Positions 12,462-25,394 of a stretch of 64,000 nt of DNA are shown piece by piece. The stretch is taken from contig NC_042998.1 in NCBI RefSeq assembly GCF_006345805.1, positions 81,096,001 to 81,160,000 on the forward strand, given 5' to 3'. The DNA comes from Octopus sinensis (taxonomy: Eukaryota). The notes beneath the pieces are model-generated. The model was not told where the DNA came from. It ran no database searches and saw only the letters and a list, made by a program, of their open reading frames with translations. The position numbers and the translations under genes are program-made. How positions within the stretch are numbered: the first letter of the stretch is position 1; the number at the start of each line of letters is the position of its first letter.

Positions 12462-13146
12462 ACGTACACACACACATCTGCACTCATAAATCTAAATAGG
12501 TTGTTCGGTAGATTAGTTGGTTAAATACCCTCTTGATAATAGATGGCTTCCGTACAGTTCTATTGATCCACTCTATTGCTCATATTAGTGGATATTCTAT
12601 GTGCCGTACATGAATATAAGACTAAGTACCTACATTAGTATTTCTACTTCTAAGCACGAAACGACAAATTAGACACTGCTACAATTAAAGACAGGAGAGC
12701 TGCTCATTAATTTTTTCTATATTTGCACCTAAATCAATGAAGACAATCATAAACACCATCAATAAGTATTAAAATCATTTTGAATTTTATATGAACGTGG
12801 ATATATATATCATTTGCGTGTATTGACTCCAAGCGAGGTATTTAGTGTGAGTTAACGATCAAACAAAACTAATGGTGTTGTAATGAGTTTGCGCAGTCGC
12901 AGTATTACAGTACTTTCAACCTGAAACGTGACTGTAGCTAATTTTGTGGGCTTTTTGTATGCTGGTTTAGAAATATGTACATAAAAGCACATGAATGTGT
13001 ATATATAAATACATGCGTACCCTGCTTCACCACCATATAAAATATGAACACATTCATTTGTATTTATATACACATACACTCTCTGCCCCATAATACATAC
13101 ATACATGCATACATACCTACATACATATACATGCATACATATGTGA

Positions 13147-13184
<38 letters not shown>

Positions 13185-13590
13185 TTATATGTATATATGA
13201 ATATGATAATAATAAGGATTCTTGTGAAAAGCTGTTACTTGAATGATATGCACCTTTGATCACTACCTTTAGTCGAATAATTATCCCATTAAATATTCAG
13301 GTTGTGCACACAGAGGAAAAAACACCGCTATGATTAATTATAGCCTAGGGGCTGGTCAAAGCACACATTGTATTGCTCATACGTTGCTTGGTACTCTCGG
13401 ATGTTAGACGTGTCGTGACTCCCTTTGGTGCAATATAAGCAAATGAACAGTAAGAGACTATAGATGAATGTCAGTTCATTACAGCTGTTCCTTACACATT
13501 TTTAATAATGAATGAGTACATTATAGCTGTTTCTAACGCATTTTTAATAGATGAGAGAGTACATTATATCATTCACAGTTCCATAAAAGC

Positions 13591-13661
<71 letters not shown>

Positions 13662-13994
13662 TGATAAAAACGGTAAGATAACAAAAGAAAGGAAAATACC
13701 TCGATATTATGTAGAGGAATTTATCTGTAAATGTAATATGTGACAATTATTCGGTAGCCAAGATAAAACTCAGAGTTTCGGATGCCGAGGTAGAAATCCA
13801 CGCCACCATCTCTTCATTTATTATATATATATATTCTTTTAGAATTGTAACTACCTACTACCTACTACCAAGCCATGCTTGAAATTTTACGGTCGAGACT
13901 CATTTATAATAGTCCTACATGAGTCGCAGCGTACAGTTCTAGTTCATATCAGTGAGCTGTTTAATCAATTAATGTGTACAACCACTCAACAGAT

Positions 13995-14484
13995 ATTAAA
14001 TTAATATTTTGATTTCAAATTTGGTATAAGACCAGCAATTTTGTGTGCGTGTGTGTAGGGGTAAGTCAATTACAACTGTCCCAGTGTTCAAATGGTACTT
14101 ATTTTATCGACGGCAAAAGGATGCAAGGCGAAGTCGACCCGAACAGCGTTTGAACTCAGAACGCAATCAGGAGAAACGTTACTAAACATTTTGTTCGGTA
14201 CGGTAACGATTCTACTTGCTAGCCACCTAATTATTAATTAATATTTTGATTTCAAATTTGGTATAAGACCAGCAATTTTGTGTGCGTGTGTGTAGGGGTA
14301 AGTCAATTACAACTGTCCCAGTGTTCAAATGGTACTTATTTTATCGACGGCAAAAGGATGCAAGGCGAAGTCGACCCGAACAGCGTTTGAACTCAGAACG
14401 CAATCAGGAGAAACGTTACTAAACATTTTGTTCGGTACGGTAACGATTCTACTTGCTAGCCACCTAATTATTAAATTAATATTT
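13995..14484. repeat. Exact tandem duplication (period 237 bp) of a SINE B fragment
   Basis: Two identical copies, with ATTAAATTAATATTT-like motifs at 13995, 14233 and 14470. Confidence 0.9.
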
Positions 14485-14783
14485 ATAAATAGTAAGGCGT
14501 TGAGCTGTCGGAATCATTACCACACCGAGCAATATCTTTAGCAGCATTTCACAAGTCTTAAGGCTTTGAGTTCAAGTTCAAATTACGGCGGTGTCGACTT
14601 TGCGTTTCATCCTTACGGAGATGAATAAGAGCCAATAGAGCACTTGGGTCGATGTAACCGACTAACCCCGAAATTGCTGGCCTTCTATCCAAATTTTAAA
14701 CCTATATTTATAAAAAGTCAATGTCTTCTACTATAGCCTCGTGCCGAGTGGATCTGGTAGACGGAAACTGAAAGAATCCCGTA

Positions 14784-14813
<30 letters not shown>

Positions 14814-14817
<4 letters not shown>

Positions 14818-15703
14818 TTGTGTGTCTTTGTTTGTCTCACCAAACATCGCTTGACAACCGATGTTGGTGTGTTTACGTCTCCGTAACTTAGAGGTTCGGC
14901 AAAAGAGACAGATAGAATAAGTACTAGGCTTACAAAGGAATAAGTCCTGGGATCGATTTGCTCGACTACAGGCGTTGCTCCTGCATGGCTGCAGTCAACT
15001 GACTGAAAGAAACGAAAGAAAAGTTTATAAACTTCTATTTATCATTATATCGATGTACTATATTTAAGTATTAATTTCGCTATGGAAATGATTTTATTCA
15101 AAAGCTTTCCTTTTGTGCAAACGTATTTGTGACCTGTTCGCCTTTTCTCTGTTGAAGCATTATTATAATTTACTGCTGAATAGCAGCTTTTGATAATCTT
15201 ATATGCGTGGTTTAGTGACGATCACTTTATATGTGATTCAACCCCACCAAAAATAATCATAGATCGAACGTTAGGGCGATTGCTCGATTTTCTAATTTGT
15301 ATTCCTGTAATGTCATCCCACCGGAAAATGACATGCCTTGTAAACATATTTTTAACAATGTTAATGGAATCATTGAAGTAAACACAGTGACGTCATCTAA
15401 AATTTACTCCCATCGTGTATTGGTACATAGGGTATCCACCTTGTACAAAGAAAATAAATTTTTAAAAATTTATCGTTTACTTATTTCAGTCATTCGATTG
15501 CGGCAATGCTGTAGCATCGCTTTGAAGAACTTCTAGTTGAGTGAACCGACCCTAGTACATATTTTGTTACTATGGTAAGCGTGGTACTTATTCTAACACT
15601 ATCCTTTGCCGAACCGCTAAGTTACGAGAACGTAAACACATCAACATCGAATGTCAAGCGGTCGGGAGGACAGACACAGACAAAAGGACTCCTACCTACA
15701 CAC

Positions 15704-15748
<45 letters not shown>

Positions 15749-15772
15749 TATGTATATATATATATATATATA

Positions 15773-15841
<69 letters not shown>

Positions 15842-16788
15842 CATTTGTGTGTCTTTGTTTGTCTCACCAAACATCGCTTGACAACCGATGTTGGTGTGTT
15901 TACGTCTCCGTAACTTAGAGGTTCGGCAAAAGAGACAGATAGAATAAGTACTAGGCTTACAAAGGAATAAGTCCTGGGATCGATTTGCTCGACTACAGGC
16001 GTTGCTCCTGCATGGCTGCAGTCAACTGACTGAAAGAAACGAAAGAAAAGTTTATAAACTTCTATTTATCATTATATCGATGTACTATATTTAAGTATTA
16101 ATTTTGCTATGGAAATGATTTTATTCAAAAGCTTTCCTTTTGTGCAAACGTATTTGTGACCTGTTCGCCTTTTCTCTGTTGAAGCATTATTATAATTTAC
16201 TGCTGAATAGCAGCTTTTGATAATCTTATATGCGTGGTTTAGTGACGATCACTTTATATGTGATTCAACCCCACCAAAAATAATCATAGATCGAACGTTA
16301 GGGCGATTGCTCGATTTTCTAATTTGTATTCCTGTAATGTCATCCCACCGGAAAATGACATGCCTTGTAAACATATTTTTAACAATGTTAATGGAATCAT
16401 TGAAGTAAACACAGTGACGTCATCTAAAATTTACTCCCATCGTGTATTGGTACATAGGGTATCCACCTTGTACAAAGAAAATAAATTTTTAAAAATTTAT
16501 CGTTTACTTATTTCAGTCATTCGATTGCGGCAATGCTGTAGCATCGCTTTGAAGAACTTCTAGTTGAGTGAACCGACCCTAGTACATATTTTGTTACTAT
16601 GGTAAGCGTGGTACTTATTCTAACACTATCCTTTGCCGAACCGCTAAGTTACGAGAACGTAAACACATCAACATCGAATGTCAAGCGGTCGGGAGGACAG
16701 ACACAGACAAAAGGACTCCTACCTACACACACACGCACACACACACACACACACACACATACATATGTATATATATATATATATATAT
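14814..16788. repeat. Tandem duplication, period 1027 bp
   Basis: Sequence from 14814 repeats at 15841. The ORF track shows identical ORFs 1027 bp apart (15190/16217, 15297/16324). I saw one substitution outside the microsatellites. Confidence 0.95.
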
Positions 16789-17127
16789 ACATTCGATGTT
16801 GATGTGTTTACGTTCTCGTAACTTAGCGGTTCGGCAAAGGATAGTGTTAGAATAAGTACTACGCTTACCATAGTAACAAAATATGTACTAGGGTCGGTTC
16901 ACTCAACTAGAAGTTCTTCAAAGCGATGCTACAGCATGGCCGCAATCGAATGACTGAAACAAGTAAACGATGAATTTTTTAAAATTTATTTTCTTTGTAC
17001 AAGGTGGATATACAATGGCAACGAAATCTAATTGCCAGTTTTTCATGTTGCTTAACTTTAGTTTCTCAAAAATGAATACCCTATGTACCAATACACGATG
17101 GGAGTAAATTTTAGATGACGTCACTGT
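16411..17127. repeat. Long inverted repeat: arms 16411-16681 and 16789-17127, 107-bp spacer
   Basis: The right arm is the reverse complement of the left, with a few substitutions plus 68 extra bp (17011-17078). Confidence 0.9.
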
Positions 17128-19174
17128 TGGGCTTCTTTCAGTTTCCAACTGCCGTGGCTATCTCGGAGGATACTTGCCCAAGGATCTACACAGTGGAACT
17201 GAACCCAGAGCCATGTCGATGGGATGCAGTCTTCTTACCATACAACCATGTCTGCGCCTAATAATGAGAAAACGTTGATGACGATGTGATTTGTACTCAG
17301 AAAGTAAGGAACCGGTAAAAAAAACAAACAAACACTGTAAGTCTTTCTGACGCGCTAACGATTCCACCAATTCAACGAAAAAGAATAAATTAACACAGTT
17401 ATATATAAATTAGCGATTAGTCTATTGGGTTTATATTTAGTTGTTGATAAAGAACGATAGAGAATGAACGGCTTACTATTGCCTAAACAGGATTATATAG
17501 AGCACGATAGAAGAAAGAAAGAAAGAGAGAGAGAGAGAGGAGAGAGAGAGAGGCGGGGAGATGTGTTAAAGCTTAGTTTGAAGACAGTAGTAAAATGAGT
17601 GCTATAAAAATACACTATGAAGGAGATGGGAAAAAGTGATGATAATGACAAAAGAGAAACGGGAATAGAAAAAGAGAAAAATAGCGGGAATTTGATAGAA
17701 AAAATAGAAAACAAGTGGTAATGAGTCAAAGAGTAAGAGTGAAAAGAAAAAAGAGAGCGATTAATAATGGATGGATAATTATTGAGGAAGAGGAATAGAT
17801 ATGAGGGAGATGTAAAGGAAAATAACGGTCTGAAGGGAAAACAGGAAAGTATCGAAAGAAAAGATAGGAAATGAAAAGGTTATGTTGTAAAGAAAAGAAT
17901 TGAAAACTATGCAATTAGGAAAAAAGAGAGAATGATGAATGATTCGGTTAATTGAATAAATCAGATGTTTATCGTGTATTGGCTATAATCGTGGAGTAAG
18001 ATGTATATTTCCGGGTGAATGCTATTGTAGTTACTCTATATTCATCTTCAAATCTGCCTGGACATTGAGAATGAATAGATACGTTCTTTTTCTATTCTCA
18101 CGATTTAATTCAAGCCTTTAGCGATGGTGAATTTGATCCATTCGAAGGAAGAAAGAATTAATGACAGTGGCTCATCAAAGCAAAGTTAGGCAAACACAGA
18201 ACAGAGACTGGCATATCGGTTTGAATTAAATAGAGGTGGTAAGTAACTGGCTAATTCAAAAGAGCTGAAGCCACGTTTGTAGCAGTGAATAAACAGTAAG
18301 AGGAAACATTACGTTATAGGCTAGAAGTTGTAATGTGTTTGTAACAGAATCCTCAATTATCAACCAGAAGTTTTAATTTAGGATATGATCAGGAATGTCT
18401 ATATGTGTAATAACAGTAGAGTATCAGATATAGCTCTTATATAAAGTTTTGTATAGGGAAGCTATCAAGCTGCAACGCTTCAGAGAGAACAGTGATGAGA
18501 GAGATGCGCTACTTGCAACTTCGACTCCTTGAAATGCAGTTATGGGTATATTCCGGCAAGTTATGGGTATATTTTAGAACTGGTGGAGCCCAGCCAGCGG
18601 AGCCCATCCATCGGAGCCTACAGGTGTTTTTTCTCCTGAAGAAAGAAATACAGAGTGATAGAAAGAGAAAAATAGACCCTATTAAAGGACAGAGTCAACC
18701 TGAAAACGATGAAAAATGGAGCTGGCTACTGGTTCATTTGAACTCAGAATGCAGGGAAGCAAAATGATTACCGCATTGGGATCAGTCTATCAATGCTCTA
18801 CTGCTAAACCTGTTGGTCTTCTTAGTCAACTTTTAACTACTGCTGAACGCCTCTTGAAAACCAATATTTAGAGCAAAAATAGGGATTATTTAAGCCAAAA
18901 TAACTACAAGATCATTGTAGGTGAAAACTTGGAGAGAGAGAGAGAGAGAGAGAAGAAGAGAGAGAAAGAGAAAGAAATAAAGTGAGAAATAATAACAGGA
19001 AGAGAGGAGGGGAGAGAGTAGTAGAGAGAGAGAGAGAGCGAGAGAGAGAGGGGCGTGCGAGTTTTGAGAACGAGTATTCTACGTAGACACAGACGTTTTT
19101 CTCAGAGTGAGGTTGGAATATAGAGAATAATGGATTGATAGAAACTATAGAGTGTGCTATATATTTACGTCTCT

Positions 19175-19497
19175 GTGAAGGCGCATGGGTTAGCGGATAC
19201 GGCATTCGGCTCATGATCGCGAAGTCGTTAGTTCGATTCCTGGCGGCGCGTGGTGTCCTGGAGCAAGACACTTTATTTCACGTTGCTCCAGTCCACTCCA
19301 CTGGCAAAAATGAGTAGTACATGTTATTCAAAGAGCCAGATTTGTCACATTCTCTATCATGCTGAATCTCCCTGAGAACTACGTTAAGGGTACACGTGTC
19401 TGTGGAGTGCTCACCCACTTGCACGTGAATTTCACGAGCAGTCTGTTCTGTTGATACGATGAACTGAAATCCTCGTTGTTGTAACCGATGGAGTGTC
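19175..19497 (+). mobile_element. tRNA-derived SINE family C (head 2 + tail 1)
   Basis: Head GAAGGCGCATGG..AGTTCGATTCC; tail GAGAACTACGTTAAGGGTACACGTGTCTGTGGAGTGCTC..GTAACCGATGGAGTG. Related copies at 21228-21506 (-) and 51712-52034 (+). Confidence 0.8.
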
Positions 19498-20085
19498 AGT
19501 GTTTCCATCTTTATCATTCATATTCACATCCCTACAAGGTCAGGTTTTCTTTTCATTCTTGTTAGTTCAATGAAATAAGTGTCGACAAGTGCTGGCGTTT
19601 ATCTAATGGTCTACACACATTTTCGGCGTTTAGATTTTACTGTTATAAAACCAGCCACTTGGACTTGAGTCCGAACAGTTTTTAATTAAAATCTCTTCCG
19701 GTTGTTGACTTTGTAATATAAGAAGTTAACTTTTACATATGTTAATGCTAATACTGGATAAACATGACACTCTTCTGAAGTGTACCAAATGGAAGAGAGA
19801 TATATCTATCTGTCTGTCTGTATGGTATTAATTGTTCGGTTAAATGTTAAATTGTTTTTATTATAACTAGACAAAAACACTAGCCTATATATATATACTA
19901 CACACACACACAATCTTTCCTCCTCTCTTACAGGCACACACGCACACACATGCACACTCACACTCACACAAGTTTGTATTTATGTATATACTTAAATGCA
20001 TTTTATTATTTTACATGCATCTATACATACATACACACAGACACACACACACACCCACACATATATATATATGTACATACATACA

Positions 20086-20117
<32 letters not shown>

Positions 20118-20222
20118 GATATATATCGGGAAGGTTTACGAAAATAAACAAAAGACGAAGGCAGGTGGAGTACAAACAAACAATTGTATTAGTATGGCGC
20201 TCAGGAATAGAAATAAAACAAG

Positions 20223-20260
20223 TCTTTTACGTTTTGAGCCTACGCTCTTCGACAGAAAGA
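20223..20260 (-). ncRNA. Degenerate minimal hammerhead-like motif (core mutated)
   Basis: Minus: TCTTT-CTGTCGA-A-GAGC(GTAG)GCTC-AAAA-C-GTA-AAAGA. Stems I and II pair, but A6 and G12 deviate. Confidence 0.35.
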
Positions 20261-20311
20261 TACACAGAAAAGAAACAAGGAGATAAAAAAATGCGTGTAG
20301 GAGCTAACGGT

Positions 20312-20384
<73 letters not shown>

Positions 20385-20960
20385 CCTATATATATGTATA
20401 TATATATGTCTGAATGTTCGTGTATATGTATATGTGTACACAGATGTGTACGATATTTTAGGACTTACATAGTTCCAGAACGAACCAGAAACATCTTTTG
20501 TTCGTTAGCACAGGTACATTATATTTCACCGAATTGAATTTCAAATCATTTTCCTTTGTGTTTGCTTCCTAAATACAGGAAATAGATCTCCAAGATCCTA
20601 ATTATTCGGTATTTGTTTCTCCTCCGAATGAATGCTTGAAGCCAATATATCCCACTGAAAGATAATTATTTTTCAAATTTCTTCTATCATCAAATATTAT
20701 TAATTTGGGAAATTCCATTTGGTTAAGCCCGATAGATGGAAATTAAGATGCATGATTTACACACTGGATTTATTAATTGTTCAAATTTAATGAATAAATA
20801 GTTTCCTGTTTGCTTGTTCAATTCCTACAGATGTTAGGATATCAGAGGTTGAATCCGATACACTCTTACTATAAATAAATCTTACATAGGCGTTGTGTAA
20901 TTTCTTGCATGATTTCTGTTTCTGTTTGTATGAATGTGTGTATGTATGTGTGTATGCATG

Positions 20961-20994
<34 letters not shown>

Positions 20995-21227
20995 TGTATG
21001 TATGTATGTATGTATGTATGTATGTATGTATGTATGTATGTATGTATGTATGTATGTATGTATGTATGTGCGTGCATGTATCTGCGTGTGCGTACGTCTG
21101 TGTGTGTATCTCCGTGTGTGTATGGGAACGTCTATATGCATATTTACACACACACATACACATACAAACACACACACATACTTATATACATGGACACATA
21201 CACACACATACAGATATATACAAATGG

Positions 21228-21506
21228 AACTCCGTCGCTTACGACGACGAGGGTTCTAGATGATCTGATCAACGAAACAGCTTGCTCATGAAATTAACTT
21301 GCAAGTGGCTGAGCACTCCACAGACACGTGTACACTTCACGTAGTTCTCAGGGATGTTCAGTGTGCGACAGAATGTGACAATACTGGCCCTTTGAAATAC
21401 TGGTACTACTCATTTTTGCCAGCTGAGTGGACTGGAGCAACGTGCAATAAAGTGTCGTGGTCAAGGACATAACGCGTCGCCGGGAATCAAACTCACGATC
21501 TTACGG
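21228..21506 (-). mobile_element. SINE family C copy
   Basis: Reverse complement of the tail-1 and head-2 sequence seen at 19175. Confidence 0.75.
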
Positions 21507-23319
21507 CATGCATACATACATACCCACACATGCACACACATGCACACACATGCATATACATGCATGAACGCACACGCACGTACGCACACACACACATATA
21601 GTATTGCTTGTGGCCACTTTAATGTGGCTGTCCTCTGAGATGATAGTGCCATTTAATTCCAGGAAGACATCGCACTCGATCCTTATTGCAAGTGGAAGAT
21701 AACTCCTGCCAACGCAATTTTGATCTGTATTGGATCTTTTCGCTGGTGGTTACTCGTTGCCAAGCATGGCAGCAGTTTACCTAGCTTGCAATATATAAAA
21801 AACACAGTGTCATACAATCACTGATCTTATATTTAGGAAACTAGTCCGTTAGAAAATCTCTGTTCGAAGCATAATACGAACTAAAAAGTATTGCAAATGG
21901 CCACTTTGAAGTGACTGTTCTGTAAGAGACGACACTACTACCATTTAACTCCAGGAAAACAAATGCTCCAGCTGATTTATTCATTGCACTTTTTGCACTC
22001 GATATTTATATATGTATATGTATATATAAATGTTTATATGTGAGCGTGTGCGTTTGTGTGTGTTTGGTGTATATTCATGATTGCGTTTGTCCGCAGACCA
22101 CTTGTCAGTCGGTTTGGCTCGGTTAGCTCTCCGTAAGTTAGCGGTTGTGAGGAAGAGCTAGAATCGACTTGTTCGACTACGCAGTCCAAAAGTGCAAAAC
22201 AAGTAAAACATTAGGCAAAAGATATTTCCGTATTATAGATATTCATGAATATATATATATAGCTCCCTGTATGTCTTGTAAATGAAACATTTATTGGAAA
22301 TAATAACGATATGTGTGTATGTATGTACATATTTACTTACAAGGACACGCAAAGCAATCATACACCAGTACACACGCATATATACACGCTGAGTGCATTT
22401 AGTATCAATATCTAAACTGATATAATGTTAGCAGGCAACAATTCATCATATGCATGCATTTTCAAAAAGGATAAAATATTAATTATAGTCTATAATTTAT
22501 GGAAACATTAGAAATATCATTATGCAGCATTTATACGAGTCGCCATCTTGTTTGATGCGTTCCGTTTTTAGCTACATATTACGTTTATAAACATTGATTC
22601 GCAGCTGTTGCTGATTAATTTGAACACGTATCAATGATCGAATGAATTACTCGTAAACCTCTTGACACCCACTCACATGAGTGAAATATCAAATATAATT
22701 ACGTACATTCGAAGAAATGAGCTACAGTTACCGTTCACAAGAGCAAATAATGAAATATTTTAGTATAGTGTGAGGTACAATACATCTAAACATAACATGC
22801 TGTGAATTTCCTTCACTGTTGTTTGTTAGACATATGAATATAATAAAAGTTTAAATTTAAGACTTTCGAATGCATATGTTACCTATACCATTCTCTCACT
22901 CTGTCTGTCTCTCTCTTTCCTATCCTATTTCCTGTTTTGACACTCATTTAACAAACGCTTTAAACCAAGTACTACTTTTAAGCACATGGATCTTAATCCT
23001 CCAAAGAAATTTTTCCAAGGACTATTATTGAACTCTAAAAGCATAAAGACTCTACAATGTATCGGTATACTTATTTATTAATTTTTGTATATATGTATTA
23101 TTATTTTTTTGAAAACAAAAACATTGCAAATTTATCTTTCTCCTTCCTGAATTTAAAAAAAAAATTCTTTTCCCCTTCTAAATCTTGGAAATTTGCCTTG
23201 CGGTGAAAACCGGTTTGATTTATCATTTTTTCTTTTTTAATTTTCTATACACCCATTTTTATTAAAATTTAGTTTCAATTTAGCATTCTGTTTTATTATA
23301 ATTTTTCCTCTCCTATACA

Positions 23320-23350
<31 letters not shown>

Positions 23351-23359
23351 CATATATAT

Positions 23360-23419
<60 letters not shown>

Positions 23420-23988
23420 TATGTATATATGGTGGCTGCCCCCTGGTTATCGAGTATGGACATTGCACGAAGCTTAATCAATGTTGTTATCGTGCAATGC
23501 CTGTGCAAGAAGATTTTTTTTAAAGTGAGGAAAGGCTGTGCTCTGAGTCAATCCCACTCACTAAGTAACAGCACCCATAATCCGAAAAGAAGAACAAGTC
23601 AACATCATCGGTAACCACTGAGCCGCAGGTTTTATATCGGAGTTATCCCAGTTACCTGAGTCACCGTCTCCTAGAAGGATGCCCTAACAAAAGCTAGGAG
23701 TCCTTCACTCCCAATGGTTTAACCGCGCGATCGGGTATTCAGTCCGATTATTTCTATGTCCCCGCGCATGATACAGCATTAAGACATTTATTGGACTCTC
23801 AAGAGTTCCTCCGCCCTTTGACGGGTTTTGTTTTCCATCCCGCAGGGTGCCCAATAAACATCATCCTCACCAAGCAAGCTTGGTGGGGTTGCCGGTTTAG
23901 TCACCGACGTCTCGACCATGCAACAGGTTGTAGTGGTTTACATGTTACCAGTAGCACTCGAAAGTGACCTGGCATATTTATATATACA

Positions 23989-24034
<46 letters not shown>

Positions 24035-24052
24035 CACACATATATATGTATA

Positions 24053-24118
<66 letters not shown>

Positions 24119-24676
24119 ATATATATGTGTGTGTATATATATATATAATATATATATATATAATATATATATATATATATAATATATATATATATATATC
24201 AAAGGACATTAATATGAAGACCCTGAAGAAACCGCACAGGCATTATAGTATGGTTACTAATCGATGCATTGGTAGGTCTATGTATATATAGATGTATATA
24301 TATGTATACTTCTAATATAAGAATAAAATCATATTCAAAAATCTTATCAGTGGCCAGGTAAGGATTATAAATACAATTATAAGTAAGAGCAGAAAGAAGA
24401 AAAAGTTTTGCTGCCAATATGCTGAAAAATAATTTTCGTCTTAAAGGTATTTTTCATACGCTGGCCAAATTTCAGCCTTATATTAGAAGTAAATTAATTC
24501 TCATTCACTTCGGGACTGGTTAACCTCTAATGTGCATTTCCTAACCGACTACGCTGGTATTGAGGATTGCTATGGAATTTCTATTTGGATATATTTCAGG
24601 TACTTAAATGTATTCATGATTTGCATCTGCATTTCTGTGGGTATGCCTAAGTATTTCATTTATGTTCATTTTGTGT

Positions 24677-24738
24677 TCTTCGCTGATGAAGGAAGAATCA
24701 TTTTTGGATCAATCCAGAAATCGGAACAGATTCGGGGA
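24677..24738 (+). ncRNA. Candidate type-I hammerhead ribozyme (AUU triplet)
   Basis: TCTTCG-CTGATGA-A-GGAAGAATC(loop)GATCAATCC-A-GAAA-TC(GGAACA)GA-T-T-CGGGGA: 6-bp stem I (2 GU), imperfect stem II, 3-bp stem III. Confidence 0.5.
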
Positions 24739-25363
24739 TAAGTATATTTTTCTGAACTTTTTTAGCTTGCTTTCCACGTTTCGACACATGTTGTAATAAT
24801 ATAAGTGAAAATAGTTTTTGTGGTTAGACGATTTAGCGTCTATTTTTCATCATATTGGCAGAGAAGTATTTTTTTTCATTCTGCCCTTATATATATATAT
24901 AATATATATATATATATATTATATATATATATATATATCTCAAATGATATTAATATAAAGACTCCGAAGAAACTGCACCGGAATTACAGTAGGGTTAGTA
25001 ATCGATGCAGTGTAAACATGTGTAGGTCTATTTGAACCTGTATATATAATACATTTTACATGTATATGTATATATATATATACATGAAAAATAATGTTCT
25101 TTTATATACATACATGCATACATAGATTGTAAGATGGACACTAATAAAGAGTACGGTTATACAGTTAAACATTTTTGTTTTTTCCTGCAGATTCTTAAAT
25201 ATATTAAGGAAAAATATAATTTCCTATATTTCATATATGGGCAGCGAATTCGAGTACAGAATACGATTGGTTATAATTTAACTTTCTCATCAGCTCACAA
25301 ATATATGTATAGTCGTTCTCTTTTCTTATTGAAATCTAAACATTATTAAATCTCTCTCTCTCT

Positions 25364-25394
<31 letters not shown>

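Noticed and set aside
22536-22552. CGCCATCTTG YY1-like motif suggesting a promoter
   Set aside because: A single short motif in 64 kb is expected by chance; no CpG island or downstream exon.
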